A DNA stretch of 64,000 bases, taken from NCBI GenBank assembly GCA_052327205.1, contig CM126204.1, forward strand, positions 73,036,001-73,100,000, written 5' to 3'. Below the pieces are notes generated by a model. That model had not been told where the DNA came from. It made no database searches and was given only the letters and a program-made list of their open reading frames with translations. Of this stretch, positions 48,441-61,529 are shown in pieces. The DNA is from Somniosus microcephalus (Eukaryota). The position numbers were made by a program, and so were the translations under genes. Position 1 is the first letter of the stretch, and every line of letters starts with the position of its first letter.

Positions 48441-51215
48441 CTAGAGGAACCTAGGCCTTCCCATGAAAACACACAGAATGGGTTAGGCCACAGCAAAGGG
48501 AAGAAACGTAGGAATTGAACCAGACAAAAGTTAACTGTAGTGTTTAATTGAAAAAAAAAACTGCACTGATATTTAGCAGTATGACTGTGAAGCAGCTTTC
48601 AACTTCTCATTCTTCTAGGATTTTTTCATGCAGATTTTGCTGTTGAACTTTTTAATGAGGTCTCTAAATGAAGAGAGAGAAGGAAGCCAGCCCTGCCAAA
48701 GGATGGGAATCCATAATATGGATGCCACTGAACTAATAAGAAGAGAAATATCCCCATCAACAAAGGATTCAGACTGACAACTGTTTTACCTAACAGTACA
48801 GCGCATTGACTGAATGCAGTATTAGGTTCCATATGAACAGTCTGTAATTAGGCAACGGAGCAGCGTTGCATTGGCTGCTTCTTCTCATTGCATTTTTTCC
48901 ACCTTAGATCAGTTACAGCCATTTAATTCCTTAATTGTTTTCAAGTCTTCCAGATATTTCTTAGGTTAGGAACTATGTCTATTTCAGGGAATAGTAAGCT
49001 TTACTCAGTCATGCAATACTGAAAATACTGCATTTATTTGCTGGCTGGAAAAACGATGGACAGTTACGAAGAACAAACAAAACTTTTTTTAAAACCTTTG
49101 TTGTTGATGTTGTTTATGGGTTTTTTGTACCAGCTTTACCACTACAGCCATTTTATTAATCTGTGAATTTATCTTAAGCAATAGTGAATGAGAAGGTGCA
49201 TACTTTTTATGGATGCAATTTATGTTGAGTGCCAGTTCAGTCAAAATCCTCAACTTCTTTAACACAAGGTAATACATAGCTTCAAGTTCATTATTGCAAT
49301 TAGATTACACCTTTATTGATAGACTAGTCGATCTGACAATTGAATCCAATGCAACAAGATTATACACTAGCTTGCCCCAGCATACTTTGGAAATATGGTA
49401 CTAATGTAAAATAATGTACTTTACAGGCATATTTATTAACCATTCAAAACATGACTGTTAAGGTGTAAATTTGATTTAGCAACTAATCAGATGTTTTTCC
49501 TCCCCCTTAAAGGCTACATTTGCTACATTTTAAAAACAAATGAAGGCGCTAACCTGTACCAAGTACTCAAATGTCAGTATTAGTAGCTGCTCCCTGTTGT
49601 ACCATGTGACATCCTCTTCTGTGTACACATATGTAATCAAAGATTGTGAGCCTAACCTGAGGTCATGTATTGGAAACAAAAAAAATGTTGTAGTTCAGCT
49701 TGCAATGTTTCATGTTTGCTGTGTTCTTCTAATTTTAGTTGAATTCAAAGACTGTTGTCTTGTTCTTATTGTGGTGTTAGATTCTTGTGATTGTACGCAT
49801 TAGACACAGGGTAGAATTAGAGACAGTAATGGATGTAAAATTCCTCAGGAGATAGTGTATTCTATTCCTTACTGGTGATAAGATTGCTCCTATTAATAAT
49901 AAGAACAAATAGTTTAAGAATCAGAACAAATATCTCTTCCGACAATACACATTTAAATCATTAATTTAAAAAGGGATATTTTGCGTAACAGTTTATTGTA
50001 GAATAACAATGTATATCTTAGAAAAGAATTTGAATATTTCCAAACAATAGGTAAATGTCTAATTTTTAAATGCTGTAAATATAGCTATGTTCAAACATCT
50101 CAAATGGTTGTTAAAACCAGCTTTGTGTCGTTACAAGTTTTTGGTGCATACAAGTTTCCCAAACTACTGCTACATTGTGTGCTTTGAACAAAAAAAAAAG
50201 AAAAAGACAAAAAGGTTGACGGTATGCATCAACCTTGTGCTATAAATACTGTGTATCATTAGCTGTACGAGACTATATAGTAGATTGTGGTTTCTCAGTA
50301 GAGAATTGACTGTACTGTGATTCTAGACTTTATTCATCATTAGCAGCTCATTCAGGTGGTCAATAACTTGAAGTTTATAGCTGTAATAGGGAACTAAGAA
50401 GCTGGCACGACCCTTAAAAAAATCCAACTCCTGGGAGTAAGGTGCTGATTTTGAGTAATAGGAGCTTAGCTCTGTGGAGTGCAAGGGAAGGATTTAAGAT
50501 TTATTTTGCGCATGCTTATGGTTATGCGAAGTCTCATTTACCAGTAGACAGAGCAGCAAAATGAGATAGTTAAAAATGAAGGTTCTATGTTTTAAGCTGT
50601 ATCTATTTTTTCTTTTTTTTTCTTTACAATTATCTTTTTTTCTGCTTAATTATGGCAATATGATTGTGTGACTCCTCGCAGTTGCACTTGCATTTCAATC
50701 AGAACAAATATTTATTCCACTATTTGCATTTAAAAAAAAGACAAGTTTCAAAATAATATGAAAAAAATTATAAACAGCTATTTTTCTTATATAGAAGAGA
50801 ATGTTGGGTGTTGGTGGTTGTATTTAAATTATTTATGCATCTGTGTTTACCTGCCTACAAACAATTTATGGCAGTCTTACATGCAAAGTTTAAAAGCAGA
50901 AAAAAAAAGTTTTAAAAAAGCTACAAATACCAGGAGTTGAAGTTTAACCTGTAGTGAAAAACCATGTCTGTAGGTCTAGGCAAGCTTTGTGCTTCACATC
51001 TGTAAACAATCAACTGTATATTTTTGTGACGTGTATCATACTGTGTGCTCTGACAAATGTCCATTTGTGTAAATGTATTTATTTTATATTGTATATATTG
51101 TTAATGCAAAAGGAGACAATGATTCTGTAACTTTAATCAGTTCCAATGTGTACTCTAATTATGCCTTTCAGGATGATGGTAGAGCAATATTAAACAAGCT
51201 TCCACTTTTACATGC
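48441..51215 (+). other. ESRRG: ESRRG 3'UTR (~2.8 kb)
   Basis: Repeat-free AU-rich block after the stop codon, ending at ATTAAA followed by GT/T-rich sequence. The terminal GTAGAGCAATATTAAACAAGCTTCCACTTTT resembles the recalled mammalian ESRRG mRNA end. Confidence 0.75.
51189..51194 (+). terminator. Putative polyadenylation signal ATTAAA
   Basis: Hexamer variant with upstream UGUA elements and a downstream GT/T-rich tract at ~51220-51242. Confidence 0.65.
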
Positions 51216-52404
51216 TCGAGTTTGTAGAATGTGTATTTTTTGGAGGAGCAGAGCTCAACAAAATTGAAATAATGTAGTTTTATGTTTTTAGTTTTATAGT
51301 TTCATGACAATGGGACCTCTACACAGCAAATAATGAGATTCACTGATTCTCACTTGTGCATGTGCATGTGCACTAATTGTGGCCAGATTCAAAACTCAGA
51401 TCCTTGATTCTAATACCTAGCTTTGTTATCACAACAAACTACATATCACCACAAAAATACAGTTATGCTTTGAGATAGAGGCACAAAAGTTTAGAGCTGT
51501 AATGCTGTGTGTTACAGGGAGAGGAGTTCACAGTTCCCTTCCCCACCTGAGCTGATGACCTTAACCACTGACAGGAGACCAAGTGGCACCCACACAAGAG
51601 GCAGGGATAATCAGGCAGAGGGCGGTGTCGTTCTCATACGTGGTTGCATACCTTTTCAGGGCAGCCTTGGTGAGGAGATATCCTGTCTGTACTCTCAATC
51701 CCAATGATGAGCAGCCCAAGGCGACTGAGATGGAGGGAAGAAACAAAATATAAAAGAGAGGCTAATTCTAGGTAGAAAAAATAAGAATCAATGTCAGATC
51801 TTTTATTGTTGTTGCTGGTAGTGTAACTTACCAACACCCTTTTATCATCTACAACACTAACATATTGTAAGAATGTTCCACTCTACCAGGAGCTCGCTGA
51901 TTGAGCCTTACTGTATTCTGATTAAAACACAAAGCAGCAATGGCATGTTAATTAGTGTAAACAGCTCTACTTTTCTATATTCTCAGAAGATTTTGTAACC
52001 CAAAGAGTGTGCTGCAGTTAGCAAGGCAGATCCAGGGATTTCTAAATGAGCAATGTGTGGTGGGGCGCAAAGACGTACTTAATGAGGACTAATAAATACA
52101 CAGTCATTTTTGATCTCTCAGATTCTGGGTGTTGGGAAATAATATTTATTAGAGGATATTGTCCTGTCAACGTTCCATGAACCCAACCTCCACCCTGGTC
52201 TGAAATTGTATATAGATTAAAAGAGAGAGACAAACGGATGGACAGATAGATCTTAAAACTGATTGATTCCAATTTAGCCACAGGATATTCAATGCTTCAA
52301 AACTTAAGTCAGTGCATATATGCTGAAATCTTTATGACTGATTTCTGTTTGATTTGTGAGGTTTGTTTCACTATTCCTCAGGGCTAAAAAATAGGACAAC
52401 ACTT

Positions 52405-53528
52405 GTGCTCTGAAATTCCTGGGGCTTGAGAGGGAGGAAAGCCTAATTTCCATCTGGAGAGGGCTTGGAATTTTGGGCAGAGCCTGATTACATTGAGTTC
52501 CTGGCCCTGGCCTTTTACATTTTGGTGGGGAGGGCAAGGATGAATTTTTCACCCATCCCCTGTACATCAAGGGGGTTTATTAGGGGAGTTCCCGGGTTTC
52601 CTGTAGGAAATTTCACCCTTTATACCCATAAAAGGCCTCATCAATAGTCACGCCAGCTGAGAGCAGACATGAGTCCCTGTGAGGCCTTTTGGAAGTCTCA
52701 AATTTCTTCTAGGCTAAGGTAATCAATCTTGGAAGGGGCCAATCCCCTTGGTTGGAAGCTAAATAGCTCTTTTTAGAACTGAAGACTTGAAAAAAAATCA
52801 CTTTTATCTTTGGCCCTGATGGGTATGGTGGGACGTCAGGCAGAGCTGCTTTGGGCGGATTAGGGCGGGCATTACTGATGCATCCTTGAAGGTACTGGCA
52901 CCCTTGGATTTGGGGTGAGCATTCCCCTGGAATTTGGGCTTTTGATTTTTTATTGTTTCTCAGTAATGAGGATATTTATTCCATTCAGTTTCTTGGGAAA
53001 CCTTCTACTTCCCTTTTTTAAGTTTCATTCTTCCCCCCCCCACCCGCCACCCCCCCATACCGCCAGTTGTCATACGTCCTTTTCTTTAGCTCTGAGGATT
53101 GGACATTCTTGGCTGTAGCCTTCCACATAGCCAGTATACATTATTTTTTCGACTCTTCATTAATTTTAGTGGAACAATAAAATGAATATAAAACATTTTA
53201 ACGACCAGGCCTCCTTTACATGCCGTTTGCCGAGTTCCTGACCAAAACAATCGAGAAGTTGGTGGGAAGCAGATGCCCAGCCATTAAAAACATGCCGGTC
53301 GGAGACAGCCAGCAGGGACCAGAGGGAATGGTGCCCGAAATTAAGGTAAGTGGATAGGTGGGGGCAGGGGGGGTGAGGATCAGGGTCATGGGGGTGGGGG
53401 TTGGGAATCCAGAGCAGGGGAAGCCCAGTTCAGACTTCAGTGGAAACAAAAATTGGGCAGAGTGTTTAATGGGCAGCTAAACCACAACCGCCAATTTTCC
53501 ACCTGCTCCCAAAATGAAAATTAACCCC
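52405..53528. mobile_element. Old Harbinger-like non-autonomous remnants (one or two elements)
   Basis: GC-richer blocks with TIR-like GCTCTGAAATTCC (~52408) and ATGAAAATTAACCCC (~53514-53528). Confidence 0.35.
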
Positions 53529-54008
53529 ACTGCACGTTAAAGGTTTAATATGGTTGAACGATAGCTCTGCTTTCTTTCATTATTCAGTATAAAAGTTCTG
53601 GTGTTGTTCATCCTTACTCGAAGGGCTTTCATGAAATCTTTAACAAACTTAAAAGATCGATTTGTAATGTCTTTCAACATTACTTTTTTAAATGAGTTTA
53701 ACTGTTCCAAAAACCTGGGTGGATATAATCTGTAATAATTGGTTCGATGCTGGAGGTAATTGGATTTCAATTGTCAAAAGTGCAAACAGTAAGAGGAGAT
53801 GATTGAAAACGAGGTATTTGAGAGTTATCTACACAAAAACTAAGTTTTTGAGAAAATAAAAGAACTATTTTTGAAGTTGTTGCCTTTTGAGCATGTGTTT
53901 TTATTAACAGGGTTATGTTTTTTCTGGGATGAGAGGGACCAAAAGGAATAGTGGAATTCATTGTTTCCCTCTAACATACACTCTTCTGTTTCCATAAATG
54001 AAGCATAT

Positions 54009-55779
54009 TAGCCGTGGCTCAGTTGGTAGCACTCTTGCTTCTGAATCAGAAGGTTGTGGGTTCAAGTCCCACTCCAGAGGCTTGGGCTGTGATTTTGCTC
54101 ACCTCGGCGGGTCAGTGGCGGGCGATGTCAATGGTGGGTCCCGACCCCGCAGCTGGCTCCATCCCACTCTGTGGAATGGATTTCCCTTGATTGGGCTTGT
54201 TAAGCCCACCCAGCGCATTTCCCGAGCCAATCAGAGGAAGCGGGTCTGGTGATGTCATTTGATGACGCATCATCAGCCGGTTTCCTTAAAGGGACCATGG
54301 CCAACTTTATTTTGACATTTGTGCTGTCAGTATTCTACAGCACTAAGGTGCTGCAAATACTGATGAGCACTGCATAGAGGCACAGGGCTGCACCCAGGCT
54401 CTCCCATGACTCCCTCCATATGTTTATGGAGGGAGTCACAGCACGCAGGACGGAAGAGACCTCCCCAGGAGATCAACACAGCCTGGTTGCACATTGCAGA
54501 GGAGGGCACAAGCAGGGATGTGGTCAGGAGGACCTGGGTGCAGCACCGCAAATGTTTCAATGATCTCAGTAGCCACACTCAACCTCATCCTGCTGTGCCT
54601 CTCATCACATCCCCATCACTCTGTCTTCCCTACCCTACTCCTGCACATCCTTACACCAACTTACCTTGCACCTCCACCCATTCCTCCCTCTCTGTTTATA
54701 TTATCACACCCGCATCTCACTAGCCACCCCTCACACTCATCCTCATCCTAGTGCAATCATACCAACTAACAACACAAAAGGATAGGCACTTGGGTGTTTT
54801 ATGCAATGTTCATGTGAAGTTTCTGTTAATGTGCCGTCAAACATTGAAATCTTTATTTTCAGCACTTTGCGTTCTTGGACAGGTCTGTGTGCACCTTTGG
54901 AAGTGGCTTAGTGAGTTGCAGTGAATGGTGAGACATAACGGTACCTCCCTCCTGCCCTGTGTCCTGTGCAGCATCAAATGATTGCGGAGAAGGTTGGTGC
55001 TGCTGGTGTACCTGGTGTTGGGGCTGATTGTGGTGGGACTCTGAGGACCAAGGTGAGAGAATATAAAGGGCACCCATGCTGATGGAATAGATGGCAGGTG
55101 AAGTAGAGATGAAAGAAGTGATCTGTCAATGGTGAAAGAGGTAATGAGGTCAGACTGGATGGAGACTTGTGTAAAGAGTTGCAGCATGGTGAATCTGTTG
55201 TGGAAATGCAGCTTGTGGCTGAGGGAAGATATCTCTGAACTGGAAGCTTTTATAGCACATTTAAAGCTGTCAAGTAATTCGCTGATTCAATGACCATTCA
55301 GCTCCTGCATCAGCTTAACAGACGTGATCCCTGAGCAGCGTGGACCCCGTGGGTGAACACGTAAAATCAAAAGGTGAGCGCAAATGTGTTTTAAGCATCT
55401 CTAAGCAAGGTCATATTGACTTGAATTGGATGCGCCGCCACTGCGTGACAGGTCTGCCTGATCCGCTGGGGGAAGAAACACTTTCCCACCCAGCCTGTCA
55501 CCGATTGCTCCCGCTGACCCCCCAGAAAATCCAGCTCTTAAGCACAAAAATCTAGGCTGGCATGCCAGTGCAGTACTGAGAGAGTGCTGCACTGTTGGAG
55601 GTGCCCTCTTTCGGATGAGACATTAAACCGAGGCTCTGTCTGTTCCCTCAGGTGGATGTAAAAGATCCCATGGCATTATTTTGAAGAAGAGCAGGGGAGT
55701 TATCCCCGGTGCCCTGGCCAATATTTATCCCTCAAGCAACGTCACTAAAACAGATTATCTGTTCAGTATCACATTGCTG
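54009..55779 (+). mobile_element. Deu-domain tRNA SINE split by a Harbinger derivative (pieces 54009-54083 and 55540-55779)
   Basis: A-box TGGCTCAGTTGG and B-box GGTTCAAGTCC lie before the insert; the Deu core resumes at AAGCACAAAAATCTAGGCTG. Confidence 0.88.
54084..55536 (+). mobile_element. Internally deleted Harbinger (family D) with a Myb/SANT exon remnant
   Basis: Termini GGGCTGTGATTTT / GAAAATCCAGCT with a likely CTT TSD. Remnant translates to AAPRLSHDSLHMFMEGV...RKRPPQEINTAWLHIAEE...RRTWVQHRKCFNDL. Confidence 0.82.
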
Positions 55780-56967
55780 GTACTTCCTGTCATGTGAATA
55801 GATATACACCTAATCATCAGTCCTGTTACACCCCTTTTCTATCATGATATCAAAAGCTCACATCCTCTAAATTCCATTTTGCAATTGAACTTCCAGGAAG
55901 CTGTGCTTAAAGAAAGTAAACACTAACTTAAGAAATTTTAAATGGTTAAAAAGGTGCTCTATGTGTTGAGAAAGTGTAGGTTTGCACCTATATTTGCCCC
56001 ATGCAATTTCAGCTCTGTTGTTAAAAGAAGCACCAAGCATTTCCCAAGAAAAAAGGAAAATTCTATTGGTGAGACATTCCAGAGCATTATCGCTCACCTT
56101 CTTATCATCTAGAATCATAAAATGATACGACATAGAAGGAGGCCATTCAGCTCATTGAGCCTGTGTCGGATCTTTGAAAGAGCTATCCAATCAGTACCGC
56201 TCCCCTGCTCGTTCCCCATAGCCCAGCAAATTTTCCATTTTCAAGTATTTATCGGAATCCCTTTTGAAAATTATTATTGAATCTGCTTCCACCATCTTTT
56301 CAGCAGTACATTCCAGATCAGAACAACTCGTTGAATAAAAACAATTTTCCTCATATCGCCTCTGGTTCTTTTGCCAATTACCTTAAATCTGTGTCCTCTG
56401 GTTACCGACCCTCCTGCCACTGGAAAAGTTTCTCTTCAATATTTTGAACACCTCTATTAAATCTCCCCTTAACCTTCACTGCACTAAGGCGAGCAATCCC
56501 AGTTTCTTCAGTCTCTCCACATAACTGAAGTCTTTCATCCCTGGTACCTTTCGAGTAAATCTCCTTTGCACGCTCTCTAATGCTTTGACGTCCTTCCTAA
56601 AGTTTGGTTCCCACAATTGGACACAATACTCCAGCTGAGGCCTAACTAGTGATTTATAAAGGTTTAGCATAACTTCCTTGCTTTTTTACACCATACCTCT
56701 ATTTATAAAGCCTAGGATCCCGTATGCCTTTTTAACAGCCTTCTCAACTTGTCCTGTCACCTTCAAAGATCACCAATGTACACCCCCAGGTCGCTCTGTT
56801 CCTGCACTCCCTTTAAAATTGCACAATTTAGTTTATATTGCCTCTCCTCATTCTTCCTACCAAAATGAATCAATTCACTCTTCTCTGCATTAAATGTCAT
56901 CTGCCATGTATCTGCCCATTTCACCAGTCCTCCTGGAGTCTGTTGCTATCCTCTCACTGTTTACTAC

Positions 56968-58739
56968 CGGGGGGGGGGGGGATTTTTTGGAGGGGTCAGC
57001 AGGTACATTCGGTGGCGGGTAAGGTAAGAAAAAACGTTTTTGGGCAGTGAGTCGGGCTCCCGCTGTCAACCTGCTGCCACGCGACTTTCCCAGCTGTCGG
57101 GTCTGTTCAGCAATGGGGAACGCAATTCAAGTAATTATGACCTTGTTAACAGCCCATTAAAAAGTATTTTCAGCTTATCTTACCATCTTACGAGGTTGCC
57201 CATGGGGTTGATGCTGTTATGGGATCACATCAGGTAAGGAGGTCGGGAGTTGTATGACCGTGGAATCATCTCATTACTTGACAGCTGCAAATGTGCTATA
57301 AAAGCTCCCATCTCACAGCTGTTCACTTTCCAAGCTCAGAAGCTGTTGCTTGCTGCATTTGGAAGACAGATTGAGCTTTATGCAGGTTGCAAGTGTTTGG
57401 AACAAACTCTCTATCCAGTGCCACCTCATTGGAACTACTGCTCTCACCACTGACATCGCTTCTGTCATCTCAATTTCACCTGCCATCTATTACATCAGCA
57501 TTGATGCCCTTGAAACTATCTCACCTTAGTCCTCAGTGTCCCACAACGATCAGCCCCAACACCAGCAGCACCAGGCACACCAGCAGCACCAACAACAACA
57601 CCAACCTTCTCCGCAATCAACTGATGCTGCACAGCACAGAGGGCTTCAGCACCCAACCACATTGCTGCCCGGGATGCCAGGGATGGCCTCACCATGGCCA
57701 GATTCACTTCACTTGATGCTGTACACCCTGGCTGCCGCATGATGCGCCAGGTTGGCACCACCCTACACCAACACCATAAAGCATCCCTACAATACCCAAG
57801 CCATTCCTTTCACACTCATCACCATTGCGGGGGAGGGGGTGGGTACCGCTATGTCTCACCATTCACTGCAACTCACTAAGCCACTTCCAAATGTGCACAC
57901 AGATCTGTCCAAGAACACAAAGTGCTGAAAACAAAGATTTCAATGTTCGACACCACATTAACAGAAACTTTACATGAACATTGCATAAAACACCCAAGTG
58001 CCTATCCTTGTGTGTTGTTAGCTGATATGATTGGACTTGGATGAGGGTGAGTGTGAGGGGTGGCTGGTGAGATCGGTAACTAATAATATAGATAGAGAGG
58101 GATGGGTGGAGGTGCAAGGTAAGTTGGTGTGAGTAAGGATGTGCAGGAGTAAGGTAGGGAAGGCAGAGTGATGGGGATGTGATGAGTGGCACAGCAGGAT
58201 GAGGTTGAGTGTGACCTTGCAGTAACATTTTTTGATCTACTGAGATCATTGAATGGTTTGAGCCACTGCAGCCTGGTCCTCCTGACAACATCCCTGCTTA
58301 TGCCCTCCTGTGCAATCAGGCTGCATTGGTCTCCTGGGGAGGTCTCTTCCGCCCATGGGAAGGGAAGAGAACTTCCCTACGTGCTGTGACTCCCTCCATA
58401 AGCATATCGAGGGAGTCATGGGAGAGCCTTGGTGCAGCCGTCCACCTCTGTGCAGTGCTTGTCAGTGTTTGCAGCACCTCAATTCTGTCGAAGACTGACA
58501 GCAAAGCTGTCAAAATCAATTTGCACATGATCCCTTTAAAGAAACCGGCTGATGACGCGTCATTAAATGACGTCATCAGATCCGCTTCCTTCAATTGGCC
58601 AGCAAACGTGCTGGGCGGGCTGAACAAACCCAATCAACGTAAAATAATTCTACACAGCGGGCTGAAGCCAGCAGCAGGGTCAGGACCTGCCACCGACGTC
58701 ACCCACCACGGCCCCACCGAGGTAGGGGAAATCGCGGCC
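56968..58739 (-). mobile_element. Internally deleted Harbinger (family D), inverted relative to 54084-55536, inserted in the LINE
   Basis: TAC on both flanks (56965-56967, 58740-58742); removing the insert restores the LINE sequence TTACTACGTTTCCAAG. Myb remnant AAPRLSHDSLDMLMEGVTARREVLFP lies on -. Confidence 0.85.
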
Positions 58740-59165
58740 TACGTTTCCAAGTTTCCTGTCATTTGCAAACTTTGAAATTATGCCCTGTACACCCAAGTGC
58801 AGGTCATTAATTTTCGGAAAAAAGCAGTGGTTCCAACAACGGCCCGTGCGTGACACCGCTGCACACTTCCCTCCAGTCTGAAAAACAACCGTTCACCACT
58901 ACTCTCTGCTTTCTGTCACTAGCCAATTTTTTATCCACGCAGCCACTGACCCATTAATCCCATGAGCTTAAATTTTACTAATATTTATTGAATATTTTCG
59001 CATTTGATTTTTCCTTGTCCTTTTCCCTAACTACTCTAACCTTAATGATATTATGATCACTGTTTCCCAAATGCTCTCCCAGTGAAGCATGCCCCACTTG
59101 CCCAACTTCATTCCCCAAAACTAGATCCAGCACTGCTTCCTTCTTTGTTGAACTGGAAACATAAT

Positions 59166-59739
59166 GGGGCAAAATTGGGTCGTGGCGCTAACAACCCCGC
59201 GCCCGAAATTCACTGGTAGCGCTGCGGTACTGCAGGCCTTCCTCTCCTGATAAAAGGGGAGGGGCCTAGTGCAGCGCGACCCAGGACCCAGCTGGTCCAC
59301 CAGGGATCGGAGTGCCGGCAAAAGAACCCGGCACTCAAGAGGAGTGCCGGGTTCACGAAGCGCAGCCGGCACCCCGTGGGGCTTCACTGGAGGCCGGGAA
59401 CAGCAATGGGGGCAGGTGCTGGCAGGAGGCCAGCAACAAAAATGGCCGCGCAGCACCTCCCCTTTAATTTGCACCACCCCGGCCACAGTTAGGCCCCCCT
59501 GACCCTGTCGGACATAGCGTCCGGCGGTAAGTCGGGGGCGCTACCGAAGATTACGGGGCGCTGCGCATGGCGATGATGTCATCGCCAGAGGCGCAGCGCC
59601 GCGGGACGCTAACAGTTAACGCCGCCGCTAACCTCCCACTGAATTTCACAGGAGGCGTTAACGGCGGCGCACCCAGGCGCTAGTTGCTTTGCGCCCCGTT
59701 AGCGCCCTCGGAGGCACAAATCAACCAAATTTTTCCCCC
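59166..59739. mobile_element. CpG-rich Harbinger MITE (family B-related, 574 bp) inserted in the LINE
   Basis: TIRs GGGGCAAAATTGGGT / ACCAAATTTTTCCCCC with an AAT TSD (59163-59165, 59740-59742). The right arm resembles 21470-21687. Confidence 0.88.
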
Positions 59740-61529
59740 AATGATCAGTAAAGTTCTCTTGTACCCATTTCAGGAATTCCTCTCCCTCTTGGCAGTTAAC
59801 ATTGCTATTTTCCCAGTCTATTTTACGATAATTGGAATTCCCTATTATCACTAATCTTGCATCTTTCTGCAATTTTCCTGCAAATTTGCTCCACTATCTC
59901 CTTCCCACTATTTGGTGGCCTATAGTAAACACCCAGCAGTGTAATAGCTCCTCTATTGTTGCTTAATTCCGACCAAATAGATTTGATCTTTGAACCCTCA
60001 ATTACATTATCCCTTTCTAGTGCCGTAACAGTATCTCTGGTCAATACTGCCACCACCCCCTCCTTTTTATCCTTCCCTACCTTTCCTTTGTAGCTAGGAA
60101 TATTAAGTGCCCATTCCACACTTGTTCGAGCCAGGCCTTTGTTATTGCCTTTATATCATAAATCCCATGTTGCTACTTGTGCCTGCAGCTCACCAACCTT
60201 ATTTACGCACATGCACTCTAAACCCATCTTAGTCTGCTTGCATCTGATCCCTCCTATTTCTGAACTAATTTTTATTCTAATGGTGTTTATCTCTCCCAGT
60301 CCTCTGTGGAGCTTGTATCTCCTCTCTAAGTCTTCATCCTGGTGCCCCTCCCCCTGCCATATTAGTTTAAACCCTCTTCCTGACTGGATTGGGAATGGTA
60401 TTTAGAGGTCTGAGAGCAGGTTCCTGACCTGTTCTTTTGACCAGGGAATGGTACATGGCCTGGGGAGACCCTTACTAAAAAGTTGTAGAGAAAATAAAAT
60501 GAGATTTCAGAAAAAGAGACAGAAAATAATCGCTTGAAAAGCTGATACTGACGGAGGGGGAATAATTAATGTTGGTTATCCAGTCTGCTTTTCCACAACT
60601 CACAGCAGCCAGCACAAGAGTGGCATTAGAAGAAGCAAAGGACTAGATTGTTGTCTCAGTTGGGGAAAGATGTGTCATGCAGGCAGAATTAAGAGCAGGA
60701 GAAATCTCTGGAAAAAATGGAATAAAAACAAACAAGAAAACCAGAAATTGCTCTAAAGGTTTGTATAATCCCAGACTCCAGAGTTCATGATGCTCAGTGA
60801 TGGAGCCTACAAACCCCTATGACCACTTTTTAATGATAATAGGTCAAAGGTGACTTAGCTTTACATGAAGTAAACTGTGGACAATAATACAATTTAAGGG
60901 TTACAATGGCTTATTTAACCCACTTGTGCTTCATGTTTGTGATGTCGTTACATTTGATTGTGTTCCCAATTTATAAATAGCTCAAGCTGAACAAATACGT
61001 AAATAGCAGCTGGGTAAAAGTGCATTAGATTATAACAGAACCTCTTCATTTGGATGAAACCCACTATTTGATCTCTTTTTTAATGGTTTATGATGTTATT
61101 CAAACTCATCAGTTGTGCTCTAGCCTTGTTGTAGCCCAACCATCTGTTTGCTGACTATCCCACCACTTAAGTCATTTTGAGTACGTACGAAGCACTGGCT
61201 GGTTAATTGTGAACTTGTGACAGTGCTCCATGCACAGTTCCTCATACAGTGAATTTCTTATTTATTCATGCTGCTGTGAGGAGGCACAAAGCAGAGGCCA
61301 TATAGGGAAACAGAACATTTGGAGGACAGTGGCCCAGAGCTGTTCTAACATTCCTTTCATCAAACGGCTATAGAGCACATCTCAGCCTGATAAAGTGCAC
61401 TACACAGGAAAAAACAAAATACGTTTGTGAAAAAGAATTAAGAACTACGGAGATATTTTTAGGAATGTTCAACTGAAGCATTTAATATTTCTTTACTTAA
61501 TTGCTTTCCTTGTAATTTTCAACTAGACA

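Larger units (their letters stand above)
56128..60378 (-). mobile_element. Decayed CR1-clade LINE (endonuclease to 3'UTR, with internal deletions), interrupted twice
   Basis: Motifs TLLGVYYRPPNSG (APE endonuclease), EAVLDLVLGNE...LGNSDHNII and LYKSLVRPQLEYCVQLW. The 3' end is at ~56130. Confidence 0.85.

Noticed and set aside
51556-51564. TNAAGGTCA site (TGACCTTAA) just past the poly(A) site
   Set aside because: Roughly two such matches are expected by chance in 64 kb on both strands.
54009-54075. tRNA gene
   Set aside because: The A/B boxes continue into the Deu-SINE body after the insert, so this is a SINE head.
57536-57742. Gln/His-rich ORF as a host gene
   Set aside because: It lies inside the Harbinger family D copy and is mirrored at 54859-55077; it is most likely a low-complexity transposase N-terminal remnant.
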